The notes: generated by a model not told the origin, from the sequence alone. A DNA stretch of 64,000 bases from Candidatus Poseidoniales archaeon (GCA_028283505.1 JAPOFX010000001.1:137127-201126); one strand, 5' to 3'; counted from the first letter of the stretch, positions 9,307 through 19,930 are shown. A program made the numbers and translations.

Positions 9307-10089
9307 ATGCGAGTAGTTACTTGGAACCTGAACGGAATCAGGGCCGCCCATAGAAAAGGACTCTACAATTTCATAGATAGGATAGATGCCGATGTGATGC
9401 TATTCCAAGAGGTCAGGGCCCTGCCAGAACAAATGCCGAAGGATTGGAAGGAGCCAGAAGGGTACGATGTCATTTGGCATCCCGCGCAGAAGAAAGGGTA
9501 TTCAGGCGTGATGTCCTGTTCGAGGGTCGGCATGGAAGAGATTGGCAGGGGAATCGACACTGACTTAGATGAGACAAGGGACCCCGAGGGAAGGGTTTTG
9601 CATACAAAGCACAATGGAATGCATTGTGTGAACATCTATCTCCCAAATGGCAGTTCAAGAGATCAAAGGCAAGCTTACAAGGATCAATGGATCGAGGATT
9701 TGATGGAGTGGGCAGAAATGTTCGTGGGTTCGGAAGAGCCAGCAATTCTTTGTGGAGATCTGAATATTGCCCATACCGAGGATGACATATGGGATCCAAA
9801 AGGGAATAAGAGGTCATCCGGATTCCTTGAGCATGAGAGGGAGTGGTTCACAAGACTTCTGGATAGGGGATGGCATGACTTGCTCAGAATCCACATAGGG
9901 TCACAAAAAGGGCCTTACACATGGTGGTCAAATTTCAGAAGAGCCAGGGAGAGAGACAGGGGTTGGAGAATTGATTATGTCCTTGCGAATGATGTAGCGA
10001 GGTCTATGATGAAATCAGCTGAAGTCATGAGGGAAGGTGGAATGGTTGTTTCAGATCATGCACCTGTCATTGTCGACTTCGATATTTAG
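9307..10089 (+). CDS. xth: Exodeoxyribonuclease III (AP endonuclease)
   Basis: TWNLNGIRA, QE, GYSGV, YLPNG, GDLNIAH, YTWW, GWRIDY, SDHAP. Confidence 0.95.
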   Translation: MRVVTWNLNGIRAAHRKGLYNFIDRIDADVMLFQEVRALPEQMPKDWKEPEGYDVIWHPAQKKGYSGVMSCSRVGMEEIGRGIDTDLDETRDPEGRVLHTKHNGMHCVNIYLPNGSSRDQRQAYKDQWIEDLMEWAEMFVGSEEPAILCGDLNIAHTEDDIWDPKGNKRSSGFLEHEREWFTRLLDRGWHDLLRIHIGSQKGPYTWWSNFRRARERDRGWRIDYVLANDVARSMMKSAEVMREGGMVVSDHAPVIVDFDI

Positions 10090-10161
10090 GCCCGATAGTT
10101 CTGTTTAACGGCTATATGGCCCCAAGCCACCATTCAAGAGGTGAAGCGTCGGCGAACAATC

Positions 10162-10935
10162 ATGGCGAATACGCTGGAAGAGAGGCTTGAGAGAATCCTT
10201 CCAGGTGGAAAGGGCGTCTGGATACCAATGGATCACGGGGCATCCGGCTTTCCCGTCGACGGACTTACGGATACCGAATTCGTGATCGATTCAGTGATCA
10301 GAGGCGGTGCCGATGCTATCGTATTGCAAAAGGGTCTTCTCAGCTATCACCATTCTAGGAATGGCTGGGATGGATATGTTTGCCACGTCTCAGTCTCCAC
10401 CATTCACGGAGGGGGAAGATCCCAAGACAAGGTTTCCGTGGCAACAGCTTCAGAAGCACTCCTCCGGGGTGCGAGCGGAGTTTCAGCTCAAGTGAACTTG
10501 GGCGATAATTACGAGCCGGAGATGATACAGAGGCTCGGTGAATTATCCAGGCAAGCATATTCGGAAGGATTGCCCGTCCTTGGCATGGTATATCCGAGAG
10601 GCCCTAATCTTGTTATCGAGGAAGGCGACTCAACAAGGGGTGTGGCTCACGCTGCAAGAATCGCATGGGAACTAGGGTGCCATGTGGTAAAGGTCCCATG
10701 GACAGGTTCTCCAGAGTCCTTCTCCGAGGTTGTCGAGGCAGTGCCTATCCCGGTTCTACTGGCAGGCGGAGAAAAAAAAGGTGATTTCAGCGAAACCCTA
10801 TCCATTGTCAGGGAGGCTGTGGGTGTCGGCTGCTCAGGTATTTGCTTCGGTAGACAGATTTTCGGCTCGAAAGATCCAGAGTTGTGCGTAAAGGCCCTGA
10901 GGGAAATTGTTCATGCTGGCGAGAATACACTCTGA
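10162..10935 (+). CDS. aroA': 2-amino-3,7-dideoxy-D-threo-hept-6-ulosonate synthase (AroA', DhnA-type class I aldolase)
   Basis: PMDHG, YPRG, AARIAWELGCHVVKVPWTG, GRQIF; directly upstream of DHQ synthase II. Confidence 0.82.
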   Translation: MANTLEERLERILPGGKGVWIPMDHGASGFPVDGLTDTEFVIDSVIRGGADAIVLQKGLLSYHHSRNGWDGYVCHVSVSTIHGGGRSQDKVSVATASEALLRGASGVSAQVNLGDNYEPEMIQRLGELSRQAYSEGLPVLGMVYPRGPNLVIEEGDSTRGVAHAARIAWELGCHVVKVPWTGSPESFSEVVEAVPIPVLLAGGEKKGDFSETLSIVREAVGVGCSGICFGRQIFGSKDPELCVKALREIVHAGENTL

Positions 10936-10947
10936 TGAGGTGGCGTA

Positions 10948-11895
10948 ATGGAGTTATGGTTGGATGCGGAGATGTATGGGGGCCCCACCCAAGATACAGA
11001 CGGGGTAAGAGTTTGGGATGGATCTAGCTCGGATGTCGCGATGGTGGACATAACGGATGCTAGAGCGCAAAAAGAAGCCATTTCCCTGATAGGGAGTGTT
11101 CCTTGGATATTGATAAGGTGTAAAGACTGGAAGATGATACCACTTGAAAATTTAGTAGCATCTTCTAGAGGAAGCGGGACCAAATTAGCCATTGCAGTCT
11201 CAAAGAAAGTTGAACTGCAGGGGGTGGCATTCGCACTCCAACATGGAGTTGATGCCGTGGCTCTCCCACCAGAAAATAAATTCCCGGATCTCTGGTCAGT
11301 TGCAAGATCAATTGTGAGAGATAATGGAAATGGAAGCTCCGATGTGGACCCCCCTTCTCTGTCTTATGCCAGAATTACATCTGTAACTGAAGGAGGAATA
11401 GGAGAAAGGGCCTGCGTCGACCTTACGGAGAGGCTACTGGAGGGCGAAGGTATCGTAGCCGGATCAATTTCTTCTTGCCTCGGTATGATTCACGGAGAGA
11501 CGATCCCCTCCCAGTATGTCCCAACTAGGCCATTCAGGATCAACGCTGGGGCTTTACACTCTTATGTCATAATGGGTGATGGAACAACGAAGTACCTCAG
11601 CGAATTAGAATCTGGAGATCGGGTTTCTATCTTCTCTGTGGACGGTTCAATCAGAGAAGCGACCATTGGGAGGCTTAAAATCGAAAGAAGACCACTGCTA
11701 AAGATATCCTTTGAATCAGGGGAGTTTACCGGTCATGTGATGGTCCAGCAAGCCGAGACAGTACGCCTTGTTTCGAGTGATTCGAAACCAATCTCAGTGA
11801 CGGATATCTCTCAAGGCGATGAAATCATTGTAGTCATTGACAACAGCATGCGTCACATAGGTAGTGCAGTACCAGGGGAGGTCAGAGAATTATGA
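10948..11895 (+). CDS. aroB': 3-dehydroquinate synthase II
   Basis: DWKMIPLENLVA, GERACVD, YVPTRPFRINAGALHSY, KIERRPL, QQAETVRL, RHIG. Confidence 0.93.
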   Translation: MELWLDAEMYGGPTQDTDGVRVWDGSSSDVAMVDITDARAQKEAISLIGSVPWILIRCKDWKMIPLENLVASSRGSGTKLAIAVSKKVELQGVAFALQHGVDAVALPPENKFPDLWSVARSIVRDNGNGSSDVDPPSLSYARITSVTEGGIGERACVDLTERLLEGEGIVAGSISSCLGMIHGETIPSQYVPTRPFRINAGALHSYVIMGDGTTKYLSELESGDRVSIFSVDGSIREATIGRLKIERRPLLKISFESGEFTGHVMVQQAETVRLVSSDSKPISVTDISQGDEIIVVIDNSMRHIGSAVPGEVREL

Positions 11896-12746
11896 CAATT
11901 CTAGGTACAGGTGAGGCATTTGGAGCAATTTCAATTCTTCATGCATTGGGTACAGGAAAGGGTTGCTCAATCCCCGTCGAACTCCCAATTAGAGTCAATA
12001 TCCATGATTTTGAAATGAGAAATGATAATGATAAGCACGGAATTTTATCCATAATCTCATCAATTTGGGGTGAGAAGGGATACCCGGTTCCACCTGTCAT
12101 AGGCTGGGAGGTGATTAGCGAAATCCCCATTGGCCAGGGCCTAAAGTCTAGCTCAGCTCTTTCCTGTGCAGCAATCAAGGCACTCGATAAGGCATCTTGG
12201 ACGTGCCTTTCGGATTATGAGATAGTTGACTTAGCTGTGGAGGCGCAGAGGAGATCAGGTTGCACAATTTCCGGAAGTATGGACGATACATGGGCTACGC
12301 TAACTCCTGGATGGAAAGCAGTGGACTCCTCAAAACCTCCTGAAGACTCGATTCTCTTTGAAGGAGACATAGAGCCCGGATTTTCAGTCCTAATTGGGCT
12401 GAGGGGTTCAAGGAACAGTGATATTATAATCGAGTCATTTTACAAAAACTCGCATATCTTTGATAGAGCGCTCGCATCATTGATCAACGGATCCATACTG
12501 GATTCACTATCCTCAAATGGAATGGCTGTGGCTTCTTCTACGGAAGACTTCGAAGCACTGAGGATCAGTAATCTGATGATAGCCTCTGGTGCTGTGGCCG
12601 CTGGTATAAGTGGCTCTGGACCTGCTATTGCTGTAGTCTGCTATGCCTCGGACTCTGAACACATCAGGGGAAAACTTTCCGAGCTGTGCGATGAGGTAAT
12701 ATCAACTCAGTTCTTGTTATCCGAAGAGCTAGTCGAGGAGGCATAA
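11892..12746 (+). CDS. aroK: Archaeal (GHMP-family) shikimate kinase
   Basis: GAISILHALGTGKG, SEIPIGQGLKSSSA, GSMDD, GISGSGPA; operon context. Confidence 0.9.
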   Translation: MTILGTGEAFGAISILHALGTGKGCSIPVELPIRVNIHDFEMRNDNDKHGILSIISSIWGEKGYPVPPVIGWEVISEIPIGQGLKSSSALSCAAIKALDKASWTCLSDYEIVDLAVEAQRRSGCTISGSMDDTWATLTPGWKAVDSSKPPEDSILFEGDIEPGFSVLIGLRGSRNSDIIIESFYKNSHIFDRALASLINGSILDSLSSNGMAVASSTEDFEALRISNLMIASGAVAAGISGSGPAIAVVCYASDSEHIRGKLSELCDEVISTQFLLSEELVEEA

Positions 12747-12747
12747 C

Positions 12748-13848
12748 ATGGGAATGGGTCTCGGTGAAAACCTCAAGGTTACAATTTTTGGCGAGAGTCA
12801 TGGAAAGTGTGTGGGGGCATTGATTGAGGGGATCCCTCCCGGTACTCCAATAGATCCAGAAACCCTACTTCAGGATCTGCAGAGAAGGAAGCCCGGTAGG
12901 AAGGGGATGTCTCAGCGTTCTGAGGATGATCGATGTGAGATTATGTCAGGAGTCTTTGACGGAAAGGCTACTGGTTGGCCAATATTGATGCTTACTATGA
13001 ACTCAGATGCCAAATCGAAAGATTACTCATTCCTGCCCGATCATCCCCGTCCAGGGCATGCCGATTTGGTCGAGTCCGTTAGGTCCCAGGGTTCCGCCGA
13101 TCTGAGAGGGGGCGGCTCTCAGTCAGCTAGGCTAACATTCGGTCTGGTCGCTGCTGGAAGCCAAGTCAGATCTATTCTGGATAAGGTTGGATGGTCATGC
13201 CATGCTCACTTGCATAGTGTAGGGAACATTCAGTCAAAGCCACTTTTCGAATTAGACAGAAATAAAGAATTTGACCCAGGATCAGATTCAGGGAGACTGA
13301 ATTGTAGGGATCATGAAGCCGCAATTTTGATGTCACGTGAGATCGAGAAAGTCAGAAAAGAGAGGGATACCATAGGATCCGTGGTTGAGTTATTGGTAGA
13401 AGGTCTACCAATAGGGGTTGGGGAACCGTGGTTTGATGGCATTGAACCGTCCTTGGCGAGAGCACTCATGGCTATACCAGGTGCGAGGGCAGTGGAATTT
13501 TCTCATGGAGTAAAATCCTCTACAATGAGGGGGAGTGAGCATAATGACTCTTGGTTGCCCGGAACAGACTACCCAATTCTTGATGGCGCGTCCGAGGGAA
13601 CCGCCGACGGCTCATTGGGAGGGCGCTCAACTGGTGCTCCAATCTCAGTGAAGGTCCATTTTAAGCCACCAAGTAGCCTTCCCCAGAAGCAGTTCACATT
13701 GCACCTGCCCTCGAATCAACGTCAATACCTCGAAGTCGGAGGAAGGCATGATCCTGTGTTGGGTCCCAGGGCCGCGCCTGTAGTAGAAGCAGTTTCCATG
13801 CTCGTTATGGCGGATTTAGGAATAGCCGGAGGTTTCATTTCAGGCTAA
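12748..13848 (+). CDS. aroC: Chorismate synthase
   Basis: FGESHG, RRKPG, PRPGHAD, RGGG..SAR, GRHDP..PRAAPVVEA. Confidence 0.96.
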   Translation: MGMGLGENLKVTIFGESHGKCVGALIEGIPPGTPIDPETLLQDLQRRKPGRKGMSQRSEDDRCEIMSGVFDGKATGWPILMLTMNSDAKSKDYSFLPDHPRPGHADLVESVRSQGSADLRGGGSQSARLTFGLVAAGSQVRSILDKVGWSCHAHLHSVGNIQSKPLFELDRNKEFDPGSDSGRLNCRDHEAAILMSREIEKVRKERDTIGSVVELLVEGLPIGVGEPWFDGIEPSLARALMAIPGARAVEFSHGVKSSTMRGSEHNDSWLPGTDYPILDGASEGTADGSLGGRSTGAPISVKVHFKPPSSLPQKQFTLHLPSNQRQYLEVGGRHDPVLGPRAAPVVEAVSMLVMADLGIAGGFISG

Positions 13849-14786
13849 GCGTTTCTTTCTCTCATCTGCTGAATCCTCAGGGGGAGATTTACTCCGAACA
13901 TTATTGCAATTATCAGGAATACAATTGCAGTTCCGAGGGCTACTCCATACACACTTGTCAACTCAACGGATTCCCTGAGCCTCTCTGAAGCGACATCTGA
14001 ACTACCGTCAAAGATATCGACAATCGCCGGAATTATGAGATTTATGAGTAGAGTCATCAGAGCTACCACTCCCGCAATAACTGGAGCAATTGCAAGTGAT
14101 GTATGGTATCTTCTGGTTATCTTGTTTACACCCATTACGTATACCTCATTCATCCTGATTGACGTATCTAACATAGAGAACCTGATTACCCCACTTGTCA
14201 GTTCAATGTACATCACTAGGAAGACCGCATACAGAATCAGGATGAACTTCTGAGCAATCTCGCCTTCTGGAAGGAAATCGAACCTGAATTCCACTGTACT
14301 TCCCGCAAACCTAACTGTTACCAGTATCAAAGCAACATAAGAAATTAGGATTGCCCTCCTATCCCTCTGGAAAATCCCGTAGGCGCCTCCAACCAGGCCT
14401 ATGACTATCAAGGAGAGATGGAATAGTCCAGCCAGTGAAGCTAATCCAAGAATATTAGAGATCGCGAACCAGGCAGTCCCAGAGACTGGGGTTATAGCTA
14501 AAGTGAGGAATGATAAAATCACCAAGGATGAAACAGCTCCCACCTGTAGTGATGAGACCATTCTGTCAGCAGGCAGGAACTTCTGTTTAGAAACGACAGG
14601 TCCACCGAAAAAAGACTCGATAAAGCTCGGGACATGTATCTCAGGTATAGCATCCTTTGGTATCTCGGTACTCGACTTCAGCCTACCTGCCGCCTTCTTC
14701 CTGCTGGGTGCTGAGGACCTCACGGTCTTTCCTTCGTAGAGATGGGAGGTATCTCCTCCCCCGTCTACCTTTACCTTGTCAGCCAT
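13845..14786 (-). CDS. Hypothetical multi-pass membrane protein
   Basis: About 6 hydrophobic segments; last gene of the MoxR/DUF58 run. Confidence 0.7.
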   Translation of the reverse strand: MADKVKVDGGGDTSHLYEGKTVRSSAPSRKKAAGRLKSSTEIPKDAIPEIHVPSFIESFFGGPVVSKQKFLPADRMVSSLQVGAVSSLVILSFLTLAITPVSGTAWFAISNILGLASLAGLFHLSLIVIGLVGGAYGIFQRDRRAILISYVALILVTVRFAGSTVEFRFDFLPEGEIAQKFILILYAVFLVMYIELTSGVIRFSMLDTSIRMNEVYVMGVNKITRRYHTSLAIAPVIAGVVALMTLLINLIIPAIVDIFDGSSDVASERLRESVELTSVYGVALGTAIVFLIIAIMFGVNLPLRIQQMRERNA

Positions 14787-14798
14787 ATTTCAATCACC

Positions 14799-16118
14799 TC
14801 AGAATCCCCTTGCTCCTGCCAGTGCGGTATTCAGCATCATATCTGGTTCCCAATCCATCACGAAGGCTCCAAGTCCCCGTAATTCGCTCATAAGGATATC
14901 GCGCTCTGTCTTCAAAACCTCGTAACCGGTCCTATCAAGCCTCTTGGCGTCGAACTCGAACTCAAGACTACTTGGAGAGAGGACAGTGACGTCAAAGTTT
15001 CTCGCCCTAAGATCCCTGACAGCATCGACAATTGTAGAGTCATCCTCCAGAGGACTTAGGATGATGATCGGACTGCCTCTGTTTATGTGTGGCATGATTC
15101 TGTTAGTGACTACCTTCAGAGGCGTATTGCCTTTCGCTATTGCCCCAGCCAGCTTCGTAAGTAGGACATAGAGTTGCTTTTTTCCCGTATCCCTGTCCAC
15201 GGAAACTATTTCATCACTGTAAACCACCAATCCTACAGAGTCTCTTCTTGATAAGAAGTACTGAGACAGACTCGCGGCCGCCCTTGTACTGTAGACTAGC
15301 GAGTTGCGGCTGACCGGGCCAGTCTCACTTACAGACCTGCTGTCAATGATTATGATTATGTCACTAACTGCATCTCTCTCGTACTCATTGACCATCATTT
15401 TCCCACCACTCCTAGCGGTTGCAGCCCAATTCACCTTTTTCATCGGATCTCCGGGTATATACTCCCTCAGATTGTAAAAATTCGACCCTTCTCCAGGATT
15501 CCTAATGTTGACAGCACCGGTGAAAATCTTCGGGACTCGACTTTTTATTAGTGCGTCCTTGATATCTTCCATCTTGGGGAATACAAGGAAATCGTCGTAC
15601 AGGTTAACTTCCCTCTCATTGTGGAACAACCCAAATGCATCTTGGATTCTGATGCACACCGGCCCTATCGTGTAGAATCCTCTCAGAGGGGTTTCTATTG
15701 TGTACCTGATTGTGGTCTCTCTTTGTGGCCCTAGTTCCATAAGTACGTAATTCGCACCCTTCTTGACCCTCATAACCTCCGGAACCCGGTCTCTCACCTC
15801 TACGATCTTTGGCAAATTGGATTTATTCTGCAGCCTTAAGGTAACCTCAATCTCACCATCTTCAAAAATTCTAGACGAGGAAATCTTTCTCAAAGCAACA
15901 ATGCTGTTTAGTTGAACACCATCATTTTTCCTCTCTTCTTCTGCTCTTCGTCCAGATGAGGAAACATCGGCATGGTTGGACATGAATGCAGCCCAAGTTA
16001 GGAATGAAAGAAGTACCACTGCAACAGTTACCAGTTGCTGGTTGCGAAGTACCAAGCCAAGAAGGTATAGAGCGATTGCCAATGATGCGAACATCGCTGA
16101 CTTCCTGCTCCACGCCAT
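14799..16118 (-). CDS. DUF58 (vWA-like) MoxR partner protein
   Basis: FYNLREYIPGDPMKKVNWAATAR..MMVNEYE motif, RGFYTIGP, two N-terminal TM helices. Confidence 0.9.
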   Translation of the reverse strand: MAWSRKSAMFASLAIALYLLGLVLRNQQLVTVAVVLLSFLTWAAFMSNHADVSSSGRRAEEERKNDGVQLNSIVALRKISSSRIFEDGEIEVTLRLQNKSNLPKIVEVRDRVPEVMRVKKGANYVLMELGPQRETTIRYTIETPLRGFYTIGPVCIRIQDAFGLFHNEREVNLYDDFLVFPKMEDIKDALIKSRVPKIFTGAVNIRNPGEGSNFYNLREYIPGDPMKKVNWAATARSGGKMMVNEYERDAVSDIIIIIDSRSVSETGPVSRNSLVYSTRAAASLSQYFLSRRDSVGLVVYSDEIVSVDRDTGKKQLYVLLTKLAGAIAKGNTPLKVVTNRIMPHINRGSPIIILSPLEDDSTIVDAVRDLRARNFDVTVLSPSSLEFEFDAKRLDRTGYEVLKTERDILMSELRGLGAFVMDWEPDMMLNTALAGARGF

Positions 16119-16158
16119 GTCAAATCTCCTCTTTCACCCTAATAGAGTCCTCAAGACC

Positions 16159-17214
16159 TCAAACCGTTGGGACCGGTACTTGTCTCAGAATGTCGGAAAC
16201 AACCTCCTCATTTTCCAATCCCTTAATTTGGTGTTCTGGTTTTAGGATCAGCCTGTGTGAAACTGCCAATACTGCGACAGATTTTACATCGTCTGGGGTG
16301 ATGAAGTCCCTACCACTCATTGCAGCCGCTGCACGGCTGGTCTTGAGCAAGGCTTGGGAACCACGAGGGGATGAACCGACGAGGACCCTCGGGTCTTCCC
16401 TGGTTCTGGTAACTATCTCAACCATGTACATTCTAACTGCCGGATCGACATACACCTCCTCACATGCTTCTTGCATTGCAACCACTCTTGCTGGGTCAGT
16501 TATCGTCTCCACTTCAACGTCATCCTTCTTCCTTGCTACACGTCGTGCAAGAATCTCGTCCTCATCAGCTCGGTTTGGGTAACCAACACTCATCTTGAAC
16601 ATGAATCGGTCAAGCTGAGCCTCAGGCAGAGGATATGTACCCTCTTGCTCCACCGGGTTTTGGGTGGCCATAGTCAGGAAAGGAGCTGGGAGCTTATGTG
16701 TAACTACTCCGATGGTAACTTGCTTCTCCTGCATAGCCTCTAATAGAGCCGCCTGGGTCTTTGGCGGAGCTCTGTTGATTTCGTCAGAAAGAAGAAGATT
16801 GCAGAATATAGGTCCAGGCTTGAATGTGAACTCTCCCTTTTTGGCATCATAGATGTTGGTCCCTGTGATATCCGCAGGCAACAAATCAGGAGTGAATTGA
16901 ACTCTCTTGAAGTCGCATCCAAGTGCGTCAGCGAACGTATTAGTCATGAGAGTCTTTGCCAGACCTGGGTAATCCTCGAATAGAAGATTTCCATTCGATA
17001 GTATGTTGATGAGCACGTTATCGATTACATGGGATTTTCCAATAATCACCTTCTGAACTTCAGCGCTTATGGCTTCTCCAATCCTTCCGACAGCCTCTAA
17101 CTTTTCGTTTGTCTTCTTGGATCCTCTGGCCTTCGCAGCCTTCTCCTCGTACCCTTTCGATACTACGTCTGCTGGCGGTGCTGGGGGTTTTTCTGCTGGC
17201 GGTGTTGCGTTCAT
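16159..17214 (-). CDS. moxR: MoxR-family AAA+ ATPase
   Basis: PGLAKT, RVQFTPDLLPADITG, DEINRAPPKTQAALLEAM, QNPVEQEGTYPLPEAQLDRF. Confidence 0.96.
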   Translation of the reverse strand: MNATPPAEKPPAPPADVVSKGYEEKAAKARGSKKTNEKLEAVGRIGEAISAEVQKVIIGKSHVIDNVLINILSNGNLLFEDYPGLAKTLMTNTFADALGCDFKRVQFTPDLLPADITGTNIYDAKKGEFTFKPGPIFCNLLLSDEINRAPPKTQAALLEAMQEKQVTIGVVTHKLPAPFLTMATQNPVEQEGTYPLPEAQLDRFMFKMSVGYPNRADEDEILARRVARKKDDVEVETITDPARVVAMQEACEEVYVDPAVRMYMVEIVTRTREDPRVLVGSSPRGSQALLKTSRAAAAMSGRDFITPDDVKSVAVLAVSHRLILKPEHQIKGLENEEVVSDILRQVPVPTV

Positions 17215-17260
17215 ACTATTATCTCCAGTTAATCATTGCTTTTGTCAATTGCGTCTGCGG

Positions 17261-18856
17261 TCAATTTCCGCCTCCCCAGCGTCTGATGGATTGCATCAGC
17301 TCTCTGAGCTCTTTAGGGGAGTATTTTCTCTCTTTGGAATAAGCTAGCTCCACAAGTCTTGGATTGCCAATCATCGATTGGATCTCAGCTGGTGGCTTAA
17401 GCGCCATTTGATCTCTGGTGAGGTCATGGTGGACCCTAATTTTCGTGAATAGTGCCTGCTGAACTCTTCTTCTGTATTCACTCGGATTTAGCTTGTTAGG
17501 CCTCTCGGAGAATCTGGTCAAATCAAAAACATGTCTCCAGTTTTCCTTTTCTGGGACAATCATCATTGCAACTAGTAGCAGAAGTCCAACGTTTAGTACG
17601 ACTAGCCATTTTAGGAATGTGTTGGAGGTGAGTAAAACGACAGTACTCATAGCTTCAACGAATGGGGCCGAGACGACTCCCGTGACGTGCCTGCTTTCGT
17701 CAAACACTACCTGAAAGTTGGAGAAATCACTCTTCACTTCTCCGGACAATTCCAGATTATCGAACTCCATCATAGAGTAAATTAGAAGTCTGAAGTAGTC
17801 TCCATTTCCATTCCATTGAGATCCATCGGAATCCTCGAATGCATCATTCCAACAACTCTGGTAGGCACCTATTACCTCACAAACTCTGGGAATCCCCTCT
17901 CCTTGAGCTACTTCATCAGTCCAAAGCATGTTCGAGAAGGCTTCAGGGTCTGAAACGAAAACAATGCTTCCAGTCACCTCTATCTCAGCGGTATTACCAC
18001 CGACGATTGCCTGACCTCCCCTAACTTTGTCGTACACATTAATTCCTGGGTAATCAGCTCTTATCATCAGTGCCAAATCTCCTGGAGCGGGATTTCTGAA
18101 GTCACTTGAATCTCCATTCCCGATTAGATCTATAAATGCGGAGGGAGATGCCTTCGATATTACGGTCACGTCACGATGCCCCGGGTCTTCCCTATCTCTC
18201 TCGGTTTGCTCAAATTTCATTCCCGTGGGCTTTCTGAACATTACTGGAAGAGCGCATGAGTCGTCGTATTGGTCAATCTCGAATGTCCCACACCCATCAT
18301 TTCCAAACTCCGTTGCCTCTTCCTCAAGTGTTCCGATCCCCCAAACGTTTTCCCATGAATATTGACTAACTCCTTCGTCATTCTCAGTGACGTAATACTG
18401 GTTTTCGTCTAGCAGGGGGGAATCAAAGTAAGTCACTCCAAATTTAGAGGCTAGCCTATTTGCGTTAGTTCCGTCAGCGGCCACAATGACCTTGCCACCA
18501 GACTCTGTGACGAAATCGTAAATTGAATCCGCCTCGGTCTGATCAATCGGTTTTTCTGGAGCTATAACGAGTAGCATGGTCCTATGAGGGTATTTCCAGT
18601 CGTTTACTAGCATTGGAGTTGACATGGTGTTAGCAATCGAATAACCATCGTCCTCCTCCAAGCTATCCCTCATATCCTTCAACTGAGCCAGTCCGTCGTA
18701 GTCCCCCTCACTTGAATAAGCAGAATAATGAGTGGCCTTTCCAACTACGAAAATCATTGGCAGGATGAGGAGTAATGCAGTCGTAATCCCCAGAGACCAA
18801 GTGACGTATGTGCCGAATTCTCGACCATCGTCTTTGTTATCCAAGCTAACCAACAC
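17261..18856 (-). CDS. DUF4350-like membrane-anchored protein
   Basis: N- and C-terminal TM helices, 'YDFVTESGGKVIVAAD', 'SDPEAFSNML', 'VVFDESRH'; typical MoxR neighbour. Confidence 0.65.
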   Translation of the reverse strand: MLVSLDNKDDGREFGTYVTWSLGITTALLLILPMIFVVGKATHYSAYSSEGDYDGLAQLKDMRDSLEEDDGYSIANTMSTPMLVNDWKYPHRTMLLVIAPEKPIDQTEADSIYDFVTESGGKVIVAADGTNANRLASKFGVTYFDSPLLDENQYYVTENDEGVSQYSWENVWGIGTLEEEATEFGNDGCGTFEIDQYDDSCALPVMFRKPTGMKFEQTERDREDPGHRDVTVISKASPSAFIDLIGNGDSSDFRNPAPGDLALMIRADYPGINVYDKVRGGQAIVGGNTAEIEVTGSIVFVSDPEAFSNMLWTDEVAQGEGIPRVCEVIGAYQSCWNDAFEDSDGSQWNGNGDYFRLLIYSMMEFDNLELSGEVKSDFSNFQVVFDESRHVTGVVSAPFVEAMSTVVLLTSNTFLKWLVVLNVGLLLLVAMMIVPEKENWRHVFDLTRFSERPNKLNPSEYRRRVQQALFTKIRVHHDLTRDQMALKPPAEIQSMIGNPRLVELAYSKERKYSPKELRELMQSIRRWGGGN

Positions 18857-18925
18857 CCTAACATAGGTTCAATCTAGCACCTACGGTGCTGTGCGGAGCG
18901 CGATTGCCCAATTATATGCTTCGGC

Positions 18926-18933
18926 AAAAAAAA
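18926..18933 (-). terminator. Candidate archaeal oligo-T terminator
   Basis: T8 on the minus strand about 60 bp after the stop of 18995-19930. Confidence 0.3.
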
Positions 18934-18994
18934 TCTCATTTACCGCCCAATGCTAACTCAGTATGCCGATTTAGACATTTACTTGTGAGGTGCA

Positions 18995-19930
18995 CTAGTC
19001 CCGCCTATCCGTCTTGATTGATGCTGAAATAAGAATCATAATTACCGTCAGAAAAACTCCTATATTTGGCAAATTAGAACTTACCACCTCATCAATGGTG
19101 TCGCCCTCATTTCCTCCTTGATCATTTGTCCCCTCTTCCTTCACCGGAGGTGGCTCAACAGTAACTCTGACACTATCACTTGCTATCACAGAACCGCCAG
19201 AGTTCGTGGCGCCGTTCGATGAGATGACAACTTCCACCTCACAATTTCTTTGAGGATGGCTTTGGGACGCGGTAATCACCAAGGGCGAGGAAACTCCATT
19301 CTGTATATCACGACTAGTGAGTTCATCAAGGGAGCTTGTTGTCAGCAATGGGCAATTGTCGGATATCTCCACAGAACCAACCCTATCCGGTGCGTTACCT
19401 AGATTCCTAACTAATACCTCGAGCGTCATTTCAGACCCAGAATTCATCGGTCCAACTGGTTCCGATATGCTGATTTCCAAATCATAAATGGTTGGAATCA
19501 AAAGCTCTCCAGTGCTACTTCTTGAATCCGGAATTGGCTGAGGGACTGAACCCCTTGATGCCAACTGCCCGGTTATGCTAAACTCTTCAGTGGTTTCGGC
19601 GGGATTATCCCTGACATTGATGCCTGAAATTGCTAGGGTGAATGTCTTATTATTTCCAGCACCAATCGTCTCGGACTCTGGTCCGTCGTATTCCCCCTCA
19701 AACGGTATTTCATAGTCAAAATCCACAGTGATTGGTAACAGCTCGTTATTCGAGACGAAAAAGGACACAGTCACAGCCCCCGTTGAACTCAATTTGAAGG
19801 GATTATCTTCATCCTCTTGGGGGTATTCAATCCCTAGTTCCCAACCCGGAGGCTCAGGCTGCTGAGAGGCTACTATTGTCGAACACATGCAAAGTAAAGC
19901 AATGGAGGCGATAATAACTCCGACCTTCAA
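18995..19930 (-). CDS. Secreted Ig-like (CARDB-like) protein with C-terminal membrane anchor
   Basis: Signal peptide, beta-rich VRNLGNAPD motif, C-terminal LPNIG + TM + basic tail. Confidence 0.7.
   Translation of the reverse strand: MKVGVIIASIALLCMCSTIVASQQPEPPGWELGIEYPQEDEDNPFKLSSTGAVTVSFFVSNNELLPITVDFDYEIPFEGEYDGPESETIGAGNNKTFTLAISGINVRDNPAETTEEFSITGQLASRGSVPQPIPDSRSSTGELLIPTIYDLEISISEPVGPMNSGSEMTLEVLVRNLGNAPDRVGSVEISDNCPLLTTSSLDELTSRDIQNGVSSPLVITASQSHPQRNCEVEVVISSNGATNSGGSVIASDSVRVTVEPPPVKEEGTNDQGGNEGDTIDEVVSSNLPNIGVFLTVIMILISASIKTDRRD

Noticed and set aside
18876..18925. Small hairpins (AGCACC-TAC-GGTGCT; GC-TTCG-GC) as an ncRNA
   Set aside because: Stems are too short to exceed chance
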